This document shows, in pieces, positions 13,679-27,153 of a DNA stretch of 64,000 bases. Under the pieces are notes generated by a model. It did not search any database and had not been told where the DNA came from. It was given only the letters and a program-made list of their open reading frames with translations. This DNA comes from Rhizophagus irregularis (lineage: Eukaryota). Both the position numbers and the translations under genes were made by a program. The stretch lies in contig NC_089431.1 of the NCBI RefSeq assembly GCF_026210795.1, positions 5,766,001 to 5,830,000 on the forward strand, in the 5' to 3' direction. The first letter of the stretch is position 1, and the number at the start of each line of letters is the position of its first letter.

Positions 13679-15011
13679 GTAAGTTTGTAATAATAATACA
13701 TAATAATATGATGTTAGTTTATTGTTTTATTAAATGTAATTTTTTTTTTTAATTAATAGCATTAGATTATGACGTAAGTAATGTATTAGATTCAACGCAA
13801 CTAGGATTAGTTATAGATAATGAGATGCAAGGTAAATATTGGTATTCGAATTGTCCAAAGTGATCAAACAGCCTAAAATAAGTAACTATTATTTTTACAA
13901 ACATTAAAGGATCCAAACAATTAAATGAGATAAATTTAGGTAAAAGTATATTTAAAAAAAAATGTTTTTTTTAAAAAAATATTACTTTATATATTTGCTT
14001 ATGTTACATGAATCAACGCAACTAGAATTAGCTCTTGATAATAAAACTTCAGGTAAATTGTGCTTTAACTTTATTTTAAATATTAGATAAAAATCTGAAA
14101 TTATTTTATTATTCTAATTAGAAAATCAAGAAAGCCAATTTATTCATAGCTATAGCAAATTTGTTTCTAACAAATTTATTGAAGAAGCTGAAAAAAATAA
14201 TGGTAAAATTTATATAAAATCACCTTATTATTAGTATTTGATTATAATATTAACTTTTTTTTCTTGCATTAAAGAATCTAAAAAATCAAAGCAATTTGAT
14301 AAGACAAATTTTGGTAAGAATATATTTTAATGTGTTTAATTTCTTTGATATTGTTAATTTTATATACTAAATAATATATATATATTAAATCTAAAATTAC
14401 CAGAGTTAGGATTAGTTCTTAATAATAAAATATCAGGTAAATATACTTATTATTTTAATTATTTTAAATGAATAAAATCTGAGATTTTTTATTATATTTA
14501 TTTTTATAATAAATGATCAAAAAATCCAATCTATTAATAATAAATGTGTTTCTTATAAAGAAAATAAAAAAACAAATCAATTAAATAAGATGAATCCAGG
14601 TAAGATTTATATAAAAATAATTGATTTTTATTATTATTTAAAATATAATATAATTAATATTATAATATTATTTTATTTGCTTATTAAAGAATCTGAAAAG
14701 TTTGATGAAATAAATTTTAGTAAGAATATATTTTTAAAATGAATTTAATTTTCTTTAATCTTATTAGTTTTATATACTAAATAATATATATATATATATA
14801 TTATATTTAGAATCATCAGAATTAGAATTAGTTCTTAATGATGAAACAGGTAAAATATACTTTTATTTTGAATAAATAAAATCTGAGATTTTTTATTATA
14901 TTTTTATAATAAATAATCAAAAAAACTAATTATTAACAATAAATATATTTTTTATAAAGAGAATAATAAAAAAACAAACCCTTTAAATAAAATAAATTCA
15001 GGTAAGATTTA

Positions 15012-15152
15012 CAGTCAAATCTTGATATAGCGAACCTTTAATATAGTGAATTTTTTAGACAATTATAATAAATTTCCTTTCACTATAATGAATTAACCAA
15101 TCAAATCTCTTAAAATCTTCACTATAGGGTTTGTTATAACAAGGGTTAACTA
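15012..15152. mobile_element. Tc1/mariner(pogo)-type MITE, TA TSD
   Basis: CAGTCAAA...TTAACTA ends flanked by TA. The paralogous repeat units (near 14600 and 15530) show the empty site GGTAAGATTTATATAAAAATAA. Confidence 0.8.
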
Positions 15153-15655
15153 TATATAAAAATAATTGATTTTTATTATTATTTAAAATATAATATATTA
15201 ATATAATTTTATTTTACTTATAAAAATATTTAAAGAATTAATGAAATAAATTTTGGTAAGAATATATTTTAAAATGAATTTAATTTTCTTTAATCTTATT
15301 AGTTTTATATACTAAATAATATATATATATATTATATTTAGAATCATCAGAATTAGAATTAGTTCTTAATAATGAAACAGGTAAAATATACTTTTATTTT
15401 AAATAAATAAAGATTTTTTATTATATTTTTATAATAAATAATCAAAAAAACTAATTTATTAATAATAAATATATTTTTTTATAAAGAAAATAATAAAAAA
15501 ACAAACCCTTTAAATAAAATAAATTCAGGTAAGATTTATATAAAAATAATTGATTTTTAAAATATAATATATTAATATAATTTTATTTACTTATAAAAAT
15601 ATTTAAAGAATTAAAAAAATTTGATGAAATAAATTTTGGTAAGAATATATTTTAA

Positions 15656-15822
15656 GAGTGAATTTATTTACCGCACCCTGCGTTACAACGCATCCTTCCT
15701 TTTTTGTAAATTGTTTATGTCGATCTTTAGTTTATACACCGCACCCCCCCTTAAAATGGCAAATGATAAACATACAAATATATATAAATTTGTAAGGCAG
15801 GGTGCGGTAAATACATTATTTC
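15656..15822. mobile_element. Mutator-type MITE, 9-bp TSD ATATTTTAA
   Basis: TIR core TATTTACCGCACCCTGC / GCAGGGTGCGGTAAATA. TSD at 15647-15655 and 15823-15831. Empty site in the paralogous unit near 15256-15285. Confidence 0.85.
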
Positions 15823-16160
15823 ATATTTTAAAATGAATTTAATTTTCTTTAATCTTATTAGTTTTATATACTAAATAATATATATATATATATATTATAT
15901 TTAGAATCATCAGAATTAAAATTAGTTCTTAATGATAAAATATCAGATAAAATAAATTCTTGTTATATATAAAACTGAAATTAGATTAATTTTAATCTTT
16001 AAATAGTCAAAAATCAAATATCAAAATAAATTTAACTTTAATTCTTAAAAGTCAAAATAATTAAATTAAATATTAAATAATTATCTATAATTATTAAATT
16101 TTTAATAATAAAATTATTTTAATAATATTTAGTATCTAGTAATTAGAATTTAATATCAAC

Positions 16161-16279
16161 TTCACTATAAGACTATAGTAAAGATTTTTGATTGGTTAAT
16201 TCGTTATAGTGAGGGAAATTTATTATAATTATTTGAAAAATTCACTATATCAAGAGTTCACTATATCAAGGTTTGACTG
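16161..16279 (-). mobile_element. Partial inverted copy of the 15012 Tc1/mariner MITE family
   Basis: Reverse-complement similarity to 15012-15125; ends GGTTTGACTG followed by TA. Confidence 0.7.
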
Positions 16280-16669
16280 TAATCTATAATTCATTTGAAA
16301 ATTTCAATCAAGATAAATTAAATAGTAGTAAAATTGTATAAATAGCATTAATATTAAACACTCTATTTTTACTTAAATATTAGATTTGTTATTTCTTTAT
16401 TTATTACACTATAATTTACATTTATATTTACTATCTATATTAATAGAATTGAAAAATTTTTACATTCCATCCTATCTTATATAACTATATTTCATTCTAT
16501 AAGATTCATATTTTATTATTCCATTCTATTTTCTATAATTCCATTTATAATCACAGGTCGAATGAAAAAAAATCGGATTTTGACCCTTTTAAAATAGTTT
16601 TGCCGATATTAGCATATACATGCCGATTTTTCGCGTATTTATGTATAGATTTGCCCATTTATGCCGATT

Positions 16670-17215
16670 TTTAATAAAATCCGATACATCAGTCGGAAAT
16701 ACCAATTTTTAATGGCCGATCTTTGTTAATATTAAATTCGGATGTTGTTATTATTATATAGTATTGTCCGCTTTTCACATCGGAGGTTTGATATACAAAT
16801 CGGAATTTGCTCCTTTAAATATAGCCATGCCAATTTCAGTATAGCTTTCGATGAAATCCGATAATTCAGTCGGAAATATCAATTTTTAATGACCGATCTT
16901 TGTTAAATAAAACCGATATTAAATTCGGATGTTGTTATTATTATATAGTATTGTTCGCTTTTCATATCGCAGGTCTGATGTACAAATCGGAATTCGCTCC
17001 TTTAAATATAGCCACGCTAATTTCAGTATAGCTTTCGACGAAATCCGATAATTCAGTCGGAAATACCAATTTTTAATGACCGATCTTTGTTAAATAAAAC
17101 CGATATTAAATTCGGATGTCGTTATTATTATATAGTATTGTTCGCTTTTCATATCGCAGGTCTGATGTACAAATCGGAATTCGCTCCTTTAAATATAGCC
17201 ATGCCGATTACAGCA
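16670..17215. repeat. Left subterminal tandem repeats (3 x ~180 bp)
   Basis: AAATCCGATA..CAGTCGGAAATA at ~16677, 16854 and 17041. Confidence 0.85.
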
Positions 17216-17489
17216 TATCTTTGCCGATTTAAAGTATAATACTGTCGCGGTAATACTGCAGACTTAATAATTTTAATATATATATATATACACTAATGTA
17301 CCGACTTCATAACAATGAAAATTCGGATAGAGAAGAAAAAAAGGAAGCATTGGAAAATAAGTGAATTAAACCTTCACGATATACTTAAAGATAATAAACT
17401 TAGACTTAGGTATGAAAATTAAGTTAAGCTTCTTAACTTAACAAATGGAAATATACTTATACCATATAGGAAAAAGAGAACATAATTAT

Positions 17490-18296
17490 TTAAAAAAAAA
17501 TTATTTTGATTTTTTTTTTATTATTATTATTATTATCAGGTAAGTTGGAGCGCGAACGTAATAAGTTTCTCGGATTTTTTAGAGCTTGATTTTCCGCTGA
17601 AATTAACAAAAGATATGTTAATGAAATAATATGAAATAATAGGACAAAGATATTTTTAAGTAATAAGGAAGATACTTACATCGTAATTTGCGTATTTGCC
17701 GGTGAAGAGTAGAAATTGATTCTACTTCAAGGTTCTCCAGCTCCTCAACCCTATCTTCTGCGTCCGCCCCAGTGCATTAATAGTCCTTTGCGAGCATTTT
17801 GAGTCTTGTAGTGCATTAGTAGTCCTTCGACGAGCATTTTGGAGCTCTTGTATCTTGGTTTGCGAAGCATCTAATGCTTTTTTCGTTGCTTTTAACTCCG
17901 CAAGGCATGTTCCCAGGCCTCTGTTATAACAATCGACATTCACTGAGCAATAAAAAAATACATATACAGTATATAAAAATAATGGGTGGTTAGCAAAAGC
18001 TAAGTGAATAAGTCGATAGTCCTTGGAAGCATTCTTCAGGATTGTTCCATTTAAGAACCGAGACTGCCCTGGAGGTACAAGACCTCGTCTCTTCAGGTGA
18101 CCCATCTAAGAACCGGACAGCTCTGGAGTATAAAACTCCGTCTACAGGCGACTCCATTAGAGAAATACAACCATGAACCTTGCGTACGATACCCACTTTT
18201 CAAAAATTTTACGGTCGTCATACGCTTCGCTTTGAGCGTCTTAAAACGCTCCTTAGATTTTTTCTGCGAGGTTGTGGAACGGCGAGAACCCATAAT
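17490..18296 (-). pseudogene. Small spliced basic/coiled-coil cargo gene with frameshifts
   Basis: ATG-initiated basic ORF (MGSRRSTTSQKKSKERF), a coiled-coil exon (LAELKATKKALDASQTKIQELQ), and a GT-AG intron near 17600-17680. The frames do not join without shifts. Confidence 0.4.
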
Positions 18297-18562
18297 GGCG
18301 TTAATAAAATATAATTGATGAAAAGACAAAAATTATTGAGCGAAAGTAAAGGGCATGGAATGATGAAAGGTAGATTTTATATAATAAAAATACGCGTCCT
18401 GAAAAACGCGAACAAGCTGATGAAAATACACGTGAATTTTAGAATAATTATTTTTAGAATAAGGAGAATAGCAACTTTAAATTAGTAATATATTATTTTG
18501 AGATTTGAGCCGATTTTTAATAACGTTATTCAAATTTATAGAAAATTCATTTTATTAAAATG

Positions 18563-18773
18563 TTATTTTTTTATTTAAAGGAATAACTGCCATATAATTT
18601 TTTATCTTTCTCACTTCAACATTAAATTACATGTAATAATACATTATATATTGGTATTATACTATCTCTATCCATAATTCTATATTACATGATTTTATGT
18701 CGTTATATACTTGACAATAAAATCTTATCTTGAGAATCATGAATCGGTTTATACCATTTAACTAGTGCAAGTA
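18563..18773 (-). pseudogene. Degenerate second copy of the CACTA transposase 3' end
   Basis: Aligns with ~21690-21928 (shared CCATAATTCTATATTACATGATTTTATGTC and TACCATTTAACTAGTGC) with deletions. Confidence 0.75.
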
Positions 18774-19459
18774 ATTATTTAAATAGACCTGTCCCTTAAG
18801 GTCTATAGGTCCGGAATGTCTAAAAATTTGCAAATCACATGAATTTTCACTCTGGACCCACAATGGTTAGTATTTACGAGTGATAGTTTAGCCGTTTCCA
18901 AACTGATACATACGCCCAATTGCAACAATCATGATTAAAAAAAATACTTTTGTCAATTGATTGGTTACTATAAAATCGCCTTATATTGTTCGACATTCCA
19001 ATTGTCGAAAACGGCAATAATCGTAGTATAATTATTTGTTAATATTTCACGTGAACAAACAAATCAATAATTATTTATATAAAACTTTCTCCATCCCTTT
19101 ATCGAATTTTAGAACGATGGTTGATTGATTGTTTTGTTAAGTAAATTTCATTTTACGATTTTTAATAGTGATATATACATGATAATTAATTAAGTGATAT
19201 CGATGGTATCAATTTTTAGTTTAATTTTAATAGTGATATACACATGATAATTAATTTAGTGATATCGATGATATTAATTTAATTAAGTGATATCGATGAT
19301 ATTAATTTTTAATTAAGAGATAACGATTATGATATTATTTTAATGATGTAAGTAATGGTTAAATAGGTGACTTTTCACCTTTCTTTTCGGTTCAATCTTG
19401 TTTCTTTACATTATTAAAATGAAAAAAAAATAAATTGACGCTTATTCCTATTTCACGTA

Positions 19460-21514
19460 GCGAATCACATCCTCGTTCTCCTTCTCAGGGTCCGCTCTCA
19501 GCAATATCATCAATCTCCTTCCTCTCACTCCCATCGACGTCGACGTCGACATCATTCTCGTTCTCTCCCCTCCCCTCCCTCCCTCCTCACTCGTCGACGT
19601 CGACGTCGACATCATTCTCGTTCTCGACACCATTATGATTCTCTCCTCCTCCTCTCCCTCCTCACTCGTCGACGTCGACGTCGACATCATTCTCGTTCTC
19701 GACACCATTATCATTCTCTCTCCTCCTCCTCCTCCTCTCACTCTCGTCGACGTCGACATCATTATCATTCTCGTTCTTCCAATTCTCATTCTCAACAATC
19801 CTCTCTCCCCTCTAGGGGGAGATCGTTAACAAAAAGTATTATTATTTATATTTTTATTGAAATTATATTTAATATGACCTGTACTAATTACTTGTAAAAT
19901 AATAGGAAATTTGCCGGATTTATCGGAAGGTGGTTATATATATATATTATTATCAAATCAATTAAAAATATAATAAATTTATAATATTTTATTAACTTCT
20001 GATAGGTGGACAACAGCAACATCATCAAGAAGAGCAATCTTCGCAATCTTTTAGGTGAGGACCCATTCATATCATCGCTTCATCAACTTCGCGCTTCTTT
20101 GCATAACTGTTTTTCCTATTATAAAATTATTAAATCAAGAAATTCAAGAACTAAAAAGCGCGGTATCACAATTGTCTAGTCGACTGGAGGCTTTGACAGG
20201 CAGTAACTCCAGCCATTCTAGTGATAAGACGATCGCGAGTATAACAACAAGTGTTAATCGAAGTCTATCACCCGTAATAAGCAGAAATAAAGGAAAAAAA
20301 CTATCACCAATGACTCCAGGCTTTAAAAAACACTTCGTGTAAGTTACACCTCTATTATAAAATATTTATCTTTTATAATCTTTAATCATATTCATTATTA
20401 TTTTAAATAGGATGAAGTTGTTCAAATCATTAATAATTTAGGTTCCAGAATTTCGTTTGATGTTTCACAAACGTTTAGTGACCAGAAGAAATCAATAAAC
20501 AAAAAACTTTTACCAGCGGTAAAAGCGGCAATGAATCCATCGATTGAAGTATACGATACCGAGATTGTTAATGTAATCAAACAGCTTCATAAGTCTCGCC
20601 GAGATATCTGGAAAATAACCCAGGATGGCAAATTAGATACGCACAGTAGACGTCAACATATGACTTCTCGGCGAGACCAAGTACGAAATTTAATAAAATG
20701 CAAAATTTGTCAATTATTTCTAATTGTCTATGCAATCAATTAACATTATTAATTAACTATTAATTAACTTTTTAACAGAAAATGACGCGACGTAAACGCG
20801 GTTTACAACACATGATTAACACAAAAGACAAGGTTTTAAATGACTGCAAACCTCAAGAAATTACCTGGGACGAGTACATGAAAGATTGTGAAAAAATTGT
20901 AGTGATCTCGGAACTTCATTCCGATGAGTGGTCATCGGAAGATGAAAATCTTGCCAACAATGAAAAAAATCTAGAGAAAAGACCAGAACGTTTAGATAAA
21001 TCGAATTCTGTAATCAAAATACATGAAAAAAAATGGAAATCTACGAGAGTATGTAAAGTTATTTCTTTATCAATATAACATTTATAAATAATATTTTTTT
21101 TTTAATTAGATTAGGAGAATTCTAAGTAGGGCGGATGAAATCGGGGAGAGTATTGGAACTGGTCTAATCCGTATGCGTCATCGTTTAGATAATGTCATCG
21201 ATAATAAAAGTAGACCGACAGAAATAATGCCAGACTGGTGGATTTCTTCCACCTGGGCGCCAGTTAGCGAAGACAGCGAAGACAGCGAAGACAGCAATGA
21301 AAGTCATAATGAAGGTGGTGATAATAATGATGACAATAATAATAATGATGACAATAATAATAATGATGACAATAATAATAATGATGACAATAATAATAAT
21401 GATGACAATAATGATGAGGATGACAATAATAACAATAGTGGCAATAATAATAACAACGAATTCGATGACAACAACAACAACAACAACGATAATAACCCTT
21501 TAGTAGTTTTATAA
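19460..21514 (+). CDS. CACTA accessory protein copy A1 (multi-exon): R/S/H-rich N-terminus, coiled coil, conserved SDEWSSEDE...KWKS domain, D/N-rich tail; start not resolved
   Basis: Open SHS/RRRRRHHSRS frame, GT-AG introns, ORFs 20531-20743, 20782-21078 and 21173-21514. Same intron positions in the conserved core as the paralog at 27154-29227. Confidence 0.7.
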
Positions 21515-21677
21515 ATATAATATATGTAACAATAATATAATAATAATATAATAAAAATATGATATATCCTTTAATAAAAAAAATTAGTTATAATTTAATC
21601 AAATACAAATGTTATATAATTCAAATTCGTCATTCCGATTTACATATAAACAATTTTATATAAGATTCATTTGTTTT

Positions 21678-24600
21678 TTAAAACGAAATTTTTTTATTTA
21701 AAGGAATCACGGCCATATATTCTTTTATCTTTCTCGTTCCAATATTAAAATCACATTTTATAAATTTTCCTAATATATGATGTACCGGTATAATACTATC
21801 TCGACTCATATCATAAAACCCATTTGTCCATAATTCTATATTACATGATTTTATGTCATCGTCTACTTGACAAAAATATCTTGTCCTATGATCTTGGGCC
21901 GGCCTGTACCATTTAACTAGTGCTAGCGAATGAGTTAATGATGATGAATTTTTTAAATAAATAGTATGTTCAAAATAAAATTGAACTTGACCGGGGTATG
22001 TGTCTATAGTTCCATCTTCCTGCTCAAAACGAGCTAATATGTATGATGATTTCTCATGACGAGCTGCCTGAATGGAACCAAATATATCCGCCCCAATTCT
22101 TATTCTACCGTATTGTATAATTTTGGAAATTACAACAATATCGTTATTTGGACCCGTTATAGAATAAATGGGGACGAAATGTTCTTCATACAAACTATTA
22201 TAAAACTCAACCAGTAAGTCCAAGACGCGGTTTGGGAGAAATGTTTCTTGGCGCGGTTTCATTAGCAACCCAGGAAAACGTTCTGTTCCATAAGCCGATT
22301 CATTTTCGATAAGTGAAAGCCTCAGAAAATTTTGATACTCATCACTTGTAAAATCGTCAAGTGCAGCCAAGCTTCCTGCAGATTTTCTAGGCTTTATAAT
22401 GTCCAAAGTGGTGTTTAATATATTGCTATCGCAATTTGTGAGGTAATAGTTTAAAAAGGAACTTTCAACCATTATTTTTAATAGCTCTGGTTCAATGTTA
22501 CGTTTGCTATTTTTATACGATCCTATGTTCTTAAGAAATAAATTGGTCAATCTGTATAAATTAAAAAAAAACAATACGATTTTCAAATCGGCGAAATTAA
22601 TATATCATACCTAGAATTCCGTTCATTCGTTCGAAGCTAAAACACCAAAATGAGGATAAAGGTCCATAATCTAAAGCGCATTCACATATGTGAAGGCATA
22701 AATGAAGATTTGGGCTTATTTTTTTTTGTCCGTATTTTTTTTCAATTAATTTATTCATTTCGAGTAGTTTTGTAAATGCTTCGTTTAGATCACTTTTTTG
22801 TAGTTCCCGATTTGTTAAAATTTTACAGGAACGTACGAAATAAGCAAGAATTTTTCGATCGATCTCTCCCAAGAGATTCCATGTGATAGGTATTGCAAAA
22901 ATTAGAACAAACGTCTTCCACATGTCCGCCGTAAAATTTGAAAAGCCGTCGCCAGTGGCTATTCTAACGGGACGGCGACCGAGGTCACTTGGAAATTTTA
23001 TCAAGTCGGCTCGCTCTTGCATTATTTTGAGCTTTTCATTATTTAATATACCTTCGTCGATCCAGAGCTTCATTACAATTCACTTTGCTACCCCGAGAAA
23101 GAGGCAGTGCATGGGATCAACTACGCAAAAGCGCACAGAATTAAAATAAGGTAATTGGTATACTTCCGACCAACGAACATGATACTGTGAGACATGAGCC
23201 TTACGCGATTCTTCGGTTGCACATTTCTTCCATTCACGTGCCTTCTCCCTTATTAAATTAATATCTCTCTCAACAAACCAGTCGTCAATGTCTTCAAACC
23301 CACCAAAATTGGGTTGATTATTTACCAAGTTTGCTGATTTATAGCATCGATAACATGCGATTCGAGCTGATATAAAACCACATAATTTTCGAGTCGCAGG
23401 AACGTCACTAGCACAACCTATTATCGCGCCATGGATAAAACGACCGTTGTTATATTCGTAGGTTTTTATATGATACCCTTCCCATAACCGATTCAGCTGA
23501 TTTATGATGGGGTATAAGTAATTGTTGATTTCATGTTTCTTTGGCTCTTTAGGACCGGGTATAACTGCTAGTGTGAGAATATTGTAGGGCTTGAAACGTT
23601 CGCTTCGGGGTAAGTTACAAATAACGGCATATATTACACCGACAGAATATTGGGAATTTATATAGGGTTGAAACCAATCCATGTTTAGCATTAATCCGAT
23701 ATGAGTTTCGGCGTATTCTTTTTTGAAGAATGGTTCTCCTTTGCCATCTTCAAAACTCATCCAAATCCTCCCATCATAAATGTCAAATAAGGCTTCAGTT
23801 TCGTTTTCCCTTTCTGCCCACTTTCGACATGTCACCTCAAAATCTTTGCGACCGAAAAATAGGGTTAGTTGGCGCCTAATGTTAACTAATGGAAATGTCA
23901 TTATCGGACGGATAATTGGATTATTTCCACCATCTTTATTACTGTCTATTTTTTTGACTAGAGGGTTATTACATTTTTGTCGAAATCTTTCTATGCTATG
24001 ATTCGGGTAGTTTATAAAACTACATGTTGGTACTTCGGTTGTGTTTGATATTTCATTTATGTCATACAATTTGTGACATTTATTACATGCGGCATATTTG
24101 ATAATATTCGTTGATATTCCCAATATTTTTTTGGCTACGTACAGGGAGGAAGGAAAAGATGAAAATTTATTTTCATCTACCGTTAAAAGAAAAAACCTTA
24201 GAAATTTAAATAAAGAATCTATTGAAACATTAGGAAGCTTATATCTTTGTTGATATTGTAATATCCATAAGATAATCCAGGTATAATTATCATTGTTGAT
24301 ATTAGGAAGTTTTGGTTCACCATCGTCAAAATCTTTTGACGCAAAATTGACTTCTTCCTCATCATCATCTTCAAAATCTTCAGAGTCTCTATATTCTTCA
24401 TCGCTTTCAAAATCTCCAAAATTACTGTCTTCGTCATCATCTTCAAAATCGCTAGAAACACCATCTTCGTCATCATCTTCAAACCTTTCAGAATCTCTAT
24501 TTTCGTCGTCATAGTCTTCAAAATCTCTATCTTGATCATCATTCATATCTCTTCCGTTATCCGGTAATAAATTTTCAAGAACGTGATCAGATATTTTCCC

Positions 24601-24942
24601 TTTCTTTGTGAATTTATGTTTTGCCGATTCATGTATAGGTATCATCTCGAGTAAAGGTTCGCATTCCATTGCATTATTATCGTCAGTATATTGTCCAACA
24701 TCAGAAGGCCCAGCCTCTTGATAATCATCACCAAAATTATTAGATGGATTAGCATTAGAAGGCTCAGCTTCTTGATAATTGTTACTAAAATTATTATTCG
24801 CATAAGATATATTATATTTTAACCCATGTTTAGTTTTCGTTCTTGGGTCCACTAACTTGCCATTACATTCTTTACAAAAGCAGTATACTTTAGTTCTTAT
24901 TCTTGTTCTATTAGATTTGGCAACAGCTCGAGGGTTAGACAT
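21678..24942 (-). pseudogene. CACTA/EnSpm transposase (Tnp2/Transposase_21 plus DUF4218-like regions) with one in-frame stop
   Basis: Motifs LNMDWFQP, CNLPRSER, IPGPKEP, DVPATRKLCGF, DPMHCLFLG, LHLCLH..DYGP..FWCFSFER. TGA at 23080-23082 (AK*IV, probably TGG). Intron 22523-22610. Confidence 0.88.
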
Positions 24943-25342
24943 TTTTTTATCTAGAAAATTTTTTTGAAAATTTTTTTTTATATAGGAAATTTTTTTGAAA
25001 AATTTTTTTATCTAGGAAATTTTTTGAGATCCTGAATTAATATTAAAAGTTAATTTCTGATTCACAAAAAGCCGCTAGATACTTATTAAAGTGAAACAAT
25101 CAGCCACATTTTTTTAATTTGTATTAATTATAATATTACAAATATTTACTCAAAATCTTTTGGGATTTTAACCAATTTATATATATATGATTGGAAAATA
25201 CCACCTGACAGGCACTTTTGCGCCTCTCCCACCCCCTAAAATATAGCATAATGAATGTTATTAGCCATTTTTAGCAATAATACATGCTTTATTCATCGAA
25301 TTATAAATTCTGAGATTAGCCAGAAAGATTATTTTCGCAAAA

Positions 25343-25759
25343 ATGGGCAAACCATCGTTGAATTCTCGCAAATCCTCGCGAAATCGCAAAAAAAATAGAA
25401 GAGAGCGAATGCTAAAGGAATTAAAGGGGTAGGATAAGGAAGTTGCCGATTTGCAAGTCCAGTTGCTGGACTTTAAAAAAGTTGTGTACGATTCGGGAAA
25501 GAAATTACTTAATAAGTTGGAGAAAAGTTCCCGTGAAAACAATAATTTGGTGGAGTGGTTAAAAATATACGACGAAAAAATAAAAGACTATGAAAAAGAA
25601 ATTTATGATTTAAATTTACGATTATATTTTTCGCAACAACATCAACAAACGCAGCCGCAACAACAATCGCAACAACAATCGCAACAACAATCGCAACAAC
25701 AATCGCAATCACCTACATTTAGCAGCTTATCAGAATACTTCAAATTTCACAAGTCATGA
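25343..25759 (+). pseudogene. Small basic/coiled-coil, Q-rich cargo ORF with internal TAG, divergent from the transposase
   Basis: MGKPSLNSRKSSRNRKK...LKG*DKEVADLQ reads in frame into ORF 25451-25759. Confidence 0.5.
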
Positions 25760-26529
25760 TTAATCAATTATATTTCATTTTTTCATTTTTTAATTTGAAA
25801 ATTCCTTTATATTTTGTAAATATGATGTTTTTTTTTGGCTATTAAACCAGCTTCTTTTTCATAATATAAGATAAGATAATATTAATACCTTTAAAATCGA
25901 TTTAAAATGTCATAAATTTTGTATAAATCTAATAGTAATTAATCATCATACTGCATGTAACAAGTATCTCAACGAACGATTTGTCCATCAGCGCCGAATG
26001 ATCGTGATAAACTTGCATCTATCATTTTAGTAGTAATACATATGAACTATAATTTAAACAAAAAGTCAGTCTAGTATGGGGATCATCCTCCCTATCGACA
26101 TGGGGAACATCTCCCTGTAGATGTTATTCATGTACGCAGGCAGAATGGAACTCAGAACTTTATTACATCAACGATGTTATTAGTGGTTAAATTTATGCGC
26201 TGTTTTTTTAATCAAGTTTCATAAAGAATGAAAAAAAAAATTTTGGCGATTTTGTATGTTATCTAGTTGAAAGATTTTATATTATTTTTTATTAAAAATT
26301 AATTGATTGAGTTATTTTTAATCAAAATATCAAAATCACGTATAAAAGTATAAAAAGTTATTCTTTTATTGCCCAATAAGTACTAATTTTCTGCCTTGGG
26401 CGCAGTTTGTTACTACACGTGACTGGATGACGCATAAGTGTCACGCGCCAGATGCATAAATCCTACAAAATCGGAGGTGCCAATCATGATATATTTGTGT
26501 ATGTTTACCACGCTTTCTTCGACGATATT

Positions 26530-26885
26530 TATATCGCTTTTTTTCGTTCACATCACAGTTCGAAATATTTCCTCTCTCTTTTCGTTCACATCACAGTTCG
26601 AAAATATTTCTCTCTTTTCGTTCACATCACAGTTTCGAAAATATTTTCTATCGCTTTTTGCGTTCACATCACGGTTTCAAAAATATTTCCTATTGCTTTT
26701 TCGTCACGTATCGCTATTTCGTCGCGTCACAGATTTCCTACCGGAAAAACACAAAAATATTTCCTATTGCTTTTTCGTCACGTATCGCTATAAATTTCCT
26801 ACCAGAAAAACACAAAAATATTTCCTATTGCTTTTTCGTCACGTATCGCTATTTCGTCGCGTCACAGATTTCCTACCGGAAAAAC
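26530..26885. repeat. Internal tandem repeats (4 x ~38 bp, then 3 x ~60-75 bp) upstream of accessory gene A2
   Basis: Units TTTTCGTTCACATCACAGTT and AAAAATATTTCCTATTGCTTTTTCGTCACGTATCGCTA; followed by a GTAAGT donor at ~26894. Confidence 0.8.
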
Positions 26886-27153
26886 AAACTTCCGTAAGTA
26901 ATTAATTTAATTAAGTTTAATGATATTAATTGATTATTAATATATTTAATTGATGGATAGCGATGTAGTATAAATTTATTGATATGTGATAACGAAGTTA
27001 ATAATTTATTTTATGTTTATTTTGATTAGGCAATTACGCGTTAAATGATAGGATGATTCAAAATATGTATATAAAGTGCCTTTTTATCTCTTGTCCGATC
27101 TTTAATAATAAATACCATAATGAAAAGATTTAAATTTTTACAAATTTCTCGGG

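Larger units (their letters stand above)
13760..15950 (+). repeat. Tandemly duplicated exon-intron units (~388 bp) encoding phase-1 micro-exons of the kinase C-terminal tail
   Basis: AATCATCAGAATTA(G/A)AATTAGTTCTT at 14811, 15342 and 15905, with diverged copies near 13790, 14011 and 14394. AG/GT-bounded exons of 30 and 39 nt (e.g. 13910-13939, 14690-14719, 14811-14849). Confidence 0.75.

Noticed and set aside
19435..19829. ORFs 19435-19638, 19448-19798 and 19635-19829 (and 27173-27490)
   Set aside because: Other frames of the R/S/H repeat exons of the accessory genes.
26438..26905. Three overlapping ORFs of 79-155 aa
   Set aside because: Products of stop-poor tandem repeats; open in all three frames.
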